Assembly: GCA_051362555.1 (NCBI GenBank) | Contig: CM120640.1 | Location: 37,405,967-37,469,966 of the forward strand | Source: Lingula anatina | Taxonomy: Eukaryota > Animalia > Brachiopoda | Length of the DNA stretch: 64,000 nucleotides | Direction: 5' to 3' | In this document: positions 38,001-48,312 of the stretch, in pieces | Layout: each line of letters begins with the position of its first letter | How positions within the stretch are numbered: the first letter of the stretch is position 1 | Program-made: the position numbers and the translations under genes | Notes under the pieces: model-generated | Told to the model about the DNA's origin: nothing | The model's database searches: none | The model's input: the letters and a program-made list of their open reading frames with translations, nothing else

Positions 38001-41000
38001 CTCGATTGTTTTTAACCCTCCATCCCTCCCCATCGGAATTTATAATTTTTAAAAATATTTTTCATTTCATTTGTACATTTCAAGGGACCTCATTAGCGGA
38101 AGATCGTCAGCGGGAGATCGTGAACGATCTGAGCGAGACAAGAAAGCAATAATGGTAATCTTTATTGCAGCTCTTAATATTGCTCTTTTGTTCTGTTACT
38201 GAAGTCTCTACTGTTAACAATGCTATTGTGCGCCTCAGCAAAACTACCGATCGCTATCTCACACCGAATACTGCGGTAAAGAAACAACAGCCCGACAGTA
38301 CAACTCTTAATAGATTCTCCTGTTATCTGAATGAATGGATATGACGATGTTGTTTAGCGTCCTAAACTAACTGTACTGATCGTTATCTTGCACCTTGGGC
38401 CGCACACGTAGTACTCAGGTAAAGGTACGCTAGGGCAACATTGCCGACTGTTAGATCTTTACAAGCGCGAGAATAGCCCGGTGGCCGATTTTAAGGTGTA
38501 CGAAATTCACGAAATCAAGATCGCGCAAAATTGCTTACTGGCCGAAATTCATGGTCCAGAAAAAACTCCAGACGGCCGATTTTAAGATCGTTCGAAATTC
38601 AAGAGCCGTTCGAAATTCATGGCACTTTACCGTAACAACATGTACTGATCTGTTTTTGCCTATGAGTGCAGTCAGTTTTTAAACTATTCAAAGTCCAGCA
38701 GCATTATTGACCATACAGGATCTGATTTTTGTTAAAATGTGCGGGTATCTTAGATACAAATAATGAAAGGGTGACACGATTCAGGTGCTAAGAACTACTC
38801 AGAAGTGGAGCAATAGCTTACCAGGAGGTCCCCCATCAGGAGTGAAGTTGTAAACAACTTTAGCTTGTAGTTTACTCAATATCTGCAGTTGTGGCAAAAT
38901 GCGGAATAAGTCTATAAGAATCCTTGTACTTCTAGACCCTTTATTGCGTGACACCTCGGCAGCTAAGGCATCGATATAAAAATTGTGTAATTTCTTCACA
39001 AGCTCTGCATTTTGCAGTCCTTCACGATCTGGAAATATGTCATACACTCTAGTTGGGAAAAATCAAATACTGTGTCAAGAAGGTAATGAATATAGAACAA
39101 TTTATTATCTTAATGATATAACATGCACAACAGAATTTATAAGCACCTTTCAATTCAGGTTACAACAACTGTCAAACTATATGTACAAAATCCTATTTTG
39201 CACATATGTGTCTTATAATATGATAAACCTTATTACAGCGAATTTGTAAAAATAAATAATAACTAGAGGATCAGAGAGGCGATACCGCCTCCGAATATTG
39301 TACCACCAGCTGGAGCAAGCGCATTCGTATAGACCCCCACATACACAAAATAAGGGGTGCAGCCACCAGTCTTGTGCTTGACAAGCTGTAAAAATGCAAT
39401 CAACAAGAATTTTCAAAATATGCAAAAAATATATATAACTAAAAATGGTGCAATCAAAGTTAAGTTCATTGTAAGGTAGGTCAAAGGTCAATTTCAAGGT
39501 CACAGTAAATTGCCAGTATATGACTTCCTATCCAACTTCAATAGTAACTATGGACCTATCTCTGCCAGTTTTGGAGATAAAAGGGAAGCAAAATTTGCAA
39601 AGTTCAGTTCATGGTGAAAAGTAGGTCAAAGGTCAATGTCAAGGTCACAGTAAGATTGCCAGTATATGACTTCCTATTCAACTTCAATAGTAACTATGGA
39701 CCTATCTCTGCCAGTTTTGGAGATAAAAGGGAAGCAAAATTTGCAAAGTTCAGTTCATGGTGAAAAGTAGGTCAAAGGTCAATTTCAAGGTCACATTTAG
39801 ATTGCCAGTATATGACTTCCTATTCAACTTCAATAGTAACTATGGACCTATCTCTGCCAGTTTTGGAGATAAAAGGGAAGCAAAATTTGCAAAGTTCAGT
39901 TCATGGTGAAAAGAAGGTCAAAGGTCAATTTCAAGGTCACAGTAAAATTGCCAGTATATGACTTCCTATGCAAGTTCAATAGTAACTATGGACCTATCTC
40001 TGCCAGTTTTGGAGATAAAAGGGAAGCAAATTTTGCAAAGTTCAGTTCAAGGTGAAAAGTAGGTCAAAGGTCAATTTCAAGGTCACAGTAAAATTGCCAG
40101 TATATGACTTCCTATTCAAGTTCAATAGTAACTATGGACCTATCTCTGCCAGTTTTGGAGATAAAAGGGAAGCAAAATTTGCAAAGTTCAGTTCATGGTG
40201 ATAAGTAGGTCAAAGGTCAATTTCAAGGTCACAGTAAGATTGCCAGTATATGACTTCCTATTCAACTTCAATAGTAACTATGGACCTATCTCTGCCAGTT
40301 TTGGAGATAAAAGGGAAGCAAAATTTGCAAAGTTCAGTTCATGGTGAAAAGTAGGTCAAAGGTCAATTTCAAGGTCACATTTAGATTGCCAGTATATGAC
40401 TTCCTATTCAACTTCAATAGTAACTATGGACCTATCTCTGCCAGTTTTGGAGATAAAAGGGAAGCAAAATTTGCAAAGTTCAGTTCATGGTGAAAAGAAG
40501 GTCAAAGGTCAATTTCAAGGTCACAGTAAAATTGCCAGTATATGACTTCCTATGCAAGTTCAATAGTAACTATGGACCTATCTCTGCCAGTTTTGGAGAT
40601 AAAAGGGAAGCAAATTTTGCAAAGTTCAGTTCAAGGTGAAAAGTAGGTCAAAGGTCAATTTCAAGGTCACAGTAAAATTGCCAGTATATGACTTCCTATT
40701 CAAGTTCAATAGTAACTATGGACCTATCTCTGCCAGTTTTGGAGATAAAAGGGAAGCAAAATTTGCAAAGTTCAGTTCATGGTGATAAGTAGGTCAAAGG
40801 TCAATTTCAAGGTCACAGTAAGATTGCCAGTATATGACTTCCTATTCAACTTCAATAGTAACTATGGACCTATCTCTGCCAGTTTTGGAGATAAAAGGGA
40901 AGCAAAATTTGCAAAGTTCAGTTCATGGTGAAAAGTAGGTCAAAGGTCAATGTCAAGGTCACAGTAAGATTGCCAGTATATGACTTCCTATTCAACTTCA

Positions 41001-44000
41001 ATAGTAACTATGGACCTATCTCTGCCAGTTTTGGAGATATAAGGGACTAAATGTTATAATTTTGGAGTTACCATAATGTGCCATAAATTTCCTACAGAAA
41101 AAATTAATTAAAATAAAGAAAAGGTCATTTTGGTCAAAGTTCTTGAAATGGGAGGTTCTCTGAAGTTGCAGAAGTTTAAATTTGATAAAATAATGTCATT
41201 TTTGACCACAAGTTGTCTGCTTTGCCAAGCATTATGTTTTATTTTTCCGGAGTTCAAAATTTATTATCCATTACCGTACTGCACATTTTTACGGAAGCCG
41301 ACTGGTGCCATATGTTGAAAAAAAAAATTATCTCGAAATTTCGAGATAGCATTTTTTTTGTTCAAATTTCAAAATACTATCTCGAAATTTCGAGATAAAT
41401 TTTTTTGCTCAAATATCAAAATGCTATCTCGAAATTTCGAGATAATTTTTTTTTTGTTCAAATTTCAAAATGCTATCTCGAAATTTCGAGATAAAAATTT
41501 TTTTTGTTCAAATTTCAAAATAGTATCTCGAAATTTCGAGATAATTTTTTTTTCTACATATGGCACCAGTCGGCTTCCATACATTTTCCTTTCACCACCA
41601 ATATGTACTTTCTGATACAGCGTAACTCGAAAACCGTATGGAATACAAAAAAACCGAGACCACCTCCAGTGTTGGGCTTTACATGCTCTACAAAATGCAA
41701 AAAAGAATGGGTCTCTAGCATTAACGGTTCCCGAATTAGAGACAGTTTTCAGTTTCGGTATCTTATGGCCGCTACTCCTGTGAAAATGCACCGATTGACC
41801 CCAAATTCACGGAGATGAAAGATGACCTGAAGGGTAACACTTTCCAATAATATTATTGGTTAAGTCTGTGTGGCGTCTGAATAACAGGGCAAAAAAATTT
41901 TTTTTCGTAAAAAATTTCATTTTTTTGAAAATTTTGACCCATTTGACCTTGAAGTAAAGGTCAAAGGTCAAATCCGAGGGTATATTTGAAATCTACACAT
42001 ATGACTTTTGGAAAGCCGTCTATAGAAAATTTTCCCGTAACTCCTTCCGTAGGGTAGATAATTAGCATTTAATTTTGCCATTTTTGGACAAGGGTGCATT
42101 GCAATGAGTGCCACACCCAGACCCCAATACCGACAAAGCCCAAATTTTACGTGGAACGAGTTGAGATTATAGGTGACCTAAATCCATGAGATGGGTACGG
42201 GGGCCCTTACCGTCTAGGAGGAGAAGCGGTAACGGTAGCCGTCCGGCGGAGCCGGCGGAGCCGGCGGAACGATCCGGACGAGACCGAAACCATGTGTACC
42301 GCCAGCGCTAACGCTGGTGGTACAATAATAATTGACTGGAATAATCAACATTATCAATTTTCCTTTCTTTTAATATAAGCAAATTACTCTGATAGCACAA
42401 TACTGAAATAATACAGTAACAATTCTCTCAAAAGAGCAAAAAAAAATTATCTGAATTTAAAAATCCCATATTAAAACTTACGATCAGTCATGACAACTGC
42501 ACACAAGAGTCCATATTCTGCAGGATTGAATGAGAGGCTGTTCAGCTCATTGGCAATGATAAACATTAAATCTACCAGGTCTTTGGGTAGAAAACGTCTC
42601 ATCCACGTCACTGTGTAGCGAAGATCGGGCTGTGGCATAAGGAAAGACACCCCATCTCTCAGCAATGGTGATGAAATAGTCTTGCAAAAGAGGAAAATAT
42701 GAGACATGGTAAATACCATCGCTGTTGTGAAATAATTCTATGTGCTGATGTGCCAAATTACTGATTCTGCTTTCTGAAAAAACTACAGAAGAAGGAAACA
42801 CATCTCTTAAACTGTGCTGTCCAAAAATTAGGAAGAAAGGTAGTTCCCTTTCCTCTTTAAATTAATTCATAAATACCAGTGACAGTGATAGTAAAAAATT
42901 TTTGATATTTAAAATTTAATTTAAAATTTATTGTCAATTATGTCTTTTGGTCAATTGCTTAGGGTGAGTTTGCTTATTAGGAATTGTATTTCCTCTGCAA
43001 TTTTGCTTGGAAATGACAACATGAGAGCTACATACTTTTATAATGGTCAAAAATAGCACTTTTGGTGAAAAACAAACACCTTTTCTATGATAATTACAGA
43101 CCCAAAATTCACCAAGAAGATACACTTCATATACACCTACCATCCACATATCAAGATAAGAAGACTTCACCAACAATGCTTTATCAGGTAAGGAGTCAAA
43201 ACCAGGTATCTCAGCACAAAAACCTATAAGTGAACATTCTTGTGAATTCAGCAGGTATATTATATATATATATAGAAAGGCAGGAAGAAATTGGTCACCC
43301 CTTATCACACAGAACCCCACATCAAGATGAAGATTCCACATATTATAAGGCTAGTAACTCAAATAATATAAGCAATATTATATTTGTAAATACTATGGAG
43401 TCCATAATTAATGAGTGATCCATCACTGATATATTAATCAAAATTTCATCTGTCAGTATATGCTAGTGGTATGAAGAATTCAGCAAATTGTCAGATTCAG
43501 TTTTAAGCAATGCAATATCTATGATTCTTGCATGACAGAATTATAATGTTACCGTCTTATTCAATATTTACTGTGTTAAAATCAGAGCAGTTCAGTATGA
43601 TTCCAGATTTCTTTCATCATAAAATGGACCAACATTACTAAAAATACACCATATCCCTTAAATTAAGGTTTGTTTTCAACGAATACTTTCAACAATGAGT
43701 AGTCATTTGTTTCATTGCGAATGTTTCCTTTTGCTATTTCATTCAATGCCAAGCATTCCTTAATTTACTGCTAAAACATGCATGATGCTAGCATTGGATA
43801 AAACAAAAAAGTTCAGATTGGCAAGTGCTTGATGTCACATTCGAAAAACAAAGTAATGACTCACCTAAAATGGAACTTGTTGTATTGTCAATTGAGTCAA
43901 AAAGTGCCTTCCACAGTTTTTCAGCATTCTCTTTTGAGTGGGGCAAATCATATTTTGTGAACTAAAATAAACACATACACATATATAGTATATATAATAA

Positions 44001-47000
44001 TAATAATAATAACAACCAACTCAAATTTAAAAAGCTTAAATTTTGTCCATCAAATGTTAGTAAAACAAGACCTAAATATTTTACTTTTCACAAGTCATTA
44101 CCAAAGAAAAACAAAGACAGCTTTGTCTGCATTTATATTGTCATGCTAACAATAAGTAACTTTTTGTACAAAATCATGGAAAATTGTTGTAAAAAATAAA
44201 ACTCCTGTAATAATCAAACACCTGTTTAAGGTTTTAAGTTTTAAGGTAGATATCTAAATAACAAGTGTCAATTTTAAAATTTTGGATAAAGTAACAAATA
44301 TATTGAAAGCTTTCTATTTATAATATGGCTCTAATACATATGCTTTGACATTTCTGTCGCTGCTACTGATTCAGAAGTAGTTAGTTAACAACATTTCAGC
44401 AGCTGCTCTTGACAAATTATTTTTGGTTATTGAAAACATATCATGCACTTAACTTAAACCAAGTCTGAGTGGTAAATATAGGTTACTCACATCTTCTTTG
44501 CCAATCCTGTCAGCAACATCAATGGCAATTTTCATGTGCTTCTTGTATACCAATTCCAATGTATGTGCTATCTCCATATATATGCTGCTCTTAGATAATC
44601 TTCTGCTGTATGGCATGTTATACAGCTCAATTGCCTTATAAAATTCCTCATCACTGGCATCTTCTGTGTCATTTTGGCTTCTCGTGTTTTCAATGCCAAC
44701 TCCCACACCGTTCTGTTCAATATCATTGTGTCCTAACTGCACTGGCTCTGATGAACTAACATACTGGTCAAACTCTTCTTTAAATGATTCTAAATGGTGC
44801 TGATCCACCAGTCCAAACTGAATATTTAAGGATGAATTATGTCCGTTGAGACGCATGTTGTTATTGTTGTTGTGCTGTAGTTGTTGTGGCTTCATAAATG
44901 TTGAGTGATGTGCACTGTTGTTGAAACTCCTTCCACCGCCTGCCTGGCTCATCAAACCTACCATCTGCTGGGCTGTGTTAAAGGCAATAGTGTGCTGCCT
45001 GGCTGTTGTGGAGGAGGAGGAGGAGGAGGAATAGGGCATATTCTGAATACAGTCAGGCCTGAAATGCCCCCCTTCACTTTTCACCTCCATTCTCCCGCCT
45101 GACAATGAGTGATTGCCAGAGCTCAATTGTGCAGGGGACACCATAGGCTGTGCGTTGTACTGCATCAACAGACCCTGGTCACAAACTACCAGGCCATTGT
45201 CCCCCTGTCCAACATCTGTCACCTTGGTCGACTTACATTTCTCGAGGAGTTTCTGCGCTATCAACTGCTGCATGTCTGGATTGCCCTGGGTGGTTTCAAT
45301 CACCTGACTCAGGAGTTCTTTGATAACGTCTGGACTGTAGAAACGCTGAGGCCTGGGGACTGGAGCATCTGATTCTGATGAGGTGAAGGATCCATTCAAT
45401 GATGACAGGCTGGCTCTGCCTTTTTCTGGAAAAAATGTGAAATCAATAATAAATCATATTCGTACTGACACAAGATATATACCCTCTGTCAGACAAGTAT
45501 GAAGCTTAGAGACATAAACAAATTATTTAAAGGTTAGCAATAAAATTAATAAAAGAAAAAAAGGGACTGAATGGGAATTGAACTCACTCTGCTGTGTTTG
45601 GCAGCCAAGGACGTTACCAAGCGGCCTGCAATCTTGCTATCTGATATAGTGTTATTGACAATATATGATACCTGTCACACATGCTGAAGCTTTATGGAAA
45701 TTGCCGAAGGCTAGAAAATGCCTTCAAAATATACTTTTAACAGTTTTAATCAAATTCAAACTATGGCCACTATCTTCCCACTGCCCTAAAGTATTGCTAA
45801 CCCCTGTCAGTTGTCAACAAATTGTTGTAGTTTGGGAGAAAAACGTGAAAAGGAGACTGCTACTGATCTGCTATTGCAACATAGATGATCCTTCCTCTAT
45901 GCCCTCAAAGACGTAACATCCCCTTCATTCAATTTAAATAAATAAAATGTTAATTGTTCCTCATCTTAATGAAGAATTATTCACTTTTTATCATTACTGT
46001 TATGTTCAAAGTCAACTATTGGAAACTTGGGCATACATCTTTGTGAACAAGTAGTCTTTATTCAACTCCTCAGTCAGCCAACACATTCAAAGATATAACC
46101 TTAGAAAAAGAGCAATATCCTGCCTAAGGCTATGTCAATTAAATTTGAAAATAATAATGGTTAAAGCATTTAATTACACAAACTTTGAGTTAAGGCGATG
46201 CAGTGAAAAAAAACTATGTGATGTTGGTACAAATATAACACACGTAATCACCATCTGACGCAAGTGGAATATTTGTATGTAAATCAACAGTTCATCTTTT
46301 AAACCTTTAATTTCCTTTGAGAAATCAAGGGGATGTGATACCTTAGAAAGGCCTACAGGTTTCTGTTATATAAAATACTAGTCTTCATATAAGTGCAATA
46401 AAGTCACTATTTAGTTTAAGAGTAATAACTCCCTTTTTTCTTTTTTTTTTATGTCACCACCCTATGCACTCCTGCACATAAGGTGGCCAAGCATTCACCT
46501 TCAATTTTGCTGCTGTATGAATTGGTGTAAAACGGTGAATGATTTCCAATTCAGCTCTGTAACATGAAAACTGGCAGGTCTAGAGTGTGAAGTACAGTTC
46601 AGTGCCAGGTTTTACTTATTTTGTTTAGGAGATATGAGCCCCTAATTTCAATGATCCATTTAACAGACTCTTTACTGATAAAATCAGAAGTAAGCCTTTC
46701 AAGAAAATTTCCTGGCATTGAATTGCAGTAGTCATCATTGTGATTAAATAAGTGTTTAAACAATACTGATAGCTGTTCAGGTAATGGAAATCTGCTAGAA
46801 ATGGATATAACATTTTTTATACACAAAACATAAATGCTGTTTTAACATCATCAGCTCGAATTGGCAAATTCACCCTGATGTATTTTTTAGGAAGGTGACA
46901 GCATTAGTTATAACATGACACGTTTATTTCCACATTATCTAAGCAGATAAGAAAAAAAATCATTAGACATAGCCTCCTTAAACTTTATTCATTTTGACAA

Positions 47001-48272
47001 CCAATTCAATTAAAGGCCAATCATGATACTCCGTCATAGAAAAATAAACAAAAACAAAATAAAAATACCTTTTTTCAATACCTTTTGTCAAATTTCTTAT
47101 ACATCCACTAGAGTTAACTTTTAACATGCCATAAAGATGACCCAAGAAGCAACGGTGGACAAGGGTTTACTTTATCAATGTAATGCATTTTCTGTTCACC
47201 ATCTCACCTGAACTAACTGAAACTAAGTCTACTCCAGAGTCTGCTGGGGATTCCTCACCAGCAGCTGCAGACACCTGGGTGGATACAGTGGCAGCACTGG
47301 ACCTGGACATTGATCTCGATCGCGAGGAACTTGTGGAATGTTCTGGTGCCAGGAGAGGTACTTGGTGATGGTTTAGCACTGTGTCTGGAATGTCCGGAAG
47401 TTTGTCATACTGTTGAGCTGTAGCCATGGTTGGCCATGCAGTCACGGTTGGACACGGTGGCTCTGGTATCAACATCCTTGTGGTATCCATGGGGGCCTCC
47501 CGCTGGGGAATCTCAGGTTTGGGCAGTAGAGTGGGCTGCTGCTGCAGCTGCTGTGAATCTCTCATACGCCGCACTTCTTCTAAAGCTTTCTCTTTGTCTA
47601 TCTTTGGTATCCTGCCCATTTTGACAGCTGGAAGGTATATATTTTTCTTTATTTAACATCAGATTCACAACATAGTTTATCAATGTCATTGAGGAAAAAA
47701 GGAATATGAAGTAAATGGAAACTGTTATGTTCATGCCTCCCCCCCCCCCCATCGCCAAATTAAAAATATATTCAAATGACCTAGATGGCTCTTGGTATAT
47801 GGTTCATGTTTCTACCAGTGTACTGCAAGATTAACCTTAGTTGATTAAGAAATATTAAGAACTATTAATTATCTTTTTAACTCTTGAAATGTACGGATCA
47901 CATACCTGAGTATATAGCATGAAGCCACATAGGTGTTAATACAATGTAACTTGTGCATAAATGTTCATACTAATTGTAAAATCTGTATGCTTTTTAGGTT
48001 ATGCTTTTGAAAATACTGTTAAGTGTATGTATACTGCTAGCCCATTTATTAAGTATTTTACGGCATAAATCCAAGTTAGCAATATGTATATGTTTTGCGA
48101 TGTTTTTAATATCAACCTGTAAACATGTTTATGTTTTTGGAATGCTGTGACGTGCCTAAAGACTGTTATGTTACAATTTTGGCTAGTTAATTTCTCAATT
48201 GCCTCAAATATGCTTATGTACTTTGCTGTTATATATTAAATACATGCATGTATTTAATAAATGTACATGTAA

Positions 48273-48312
<40 letters not shown>

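Larger units (their letters stand above)
39262..42327 (-). mobile_element. DINE-1/HINE-type non-autonomous Helentron carrying a satellite array
   Basis: On the minus strand: 5' subTIR TTGTACCACCAGC with adjacent self-complement (GCTGGCGGTAC), (TCCGCCGGC)n microsatellite ~42240-42270, central tandem repeats, 3' subTIR (39310-39298), hairpin GGAGGCGGTATCGCCTCT, CTAGTT terminus, T-rich flanks. Confidence 0.85.

Noticed and set aside
41329-41543. CRISPR-like pattern of palindromic repeats with spacers
   Set aside because: Spacers resemble each other, the block is bounded by TIRs and a TSD, the context is eukaryotic and there are no cas genes.
42735-42775. Stronger-looking acceptor TTTTCAG for the receptor LBD exon
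   Set aside because: Gives an in-frame TAG after 11 codons; the AAG acceptor at 42682-42681 keeps the frame.
45564-45626. Functional tRNA gene
   Set aside because: B-box present but stems do not pair; treated as a SINE remnant.
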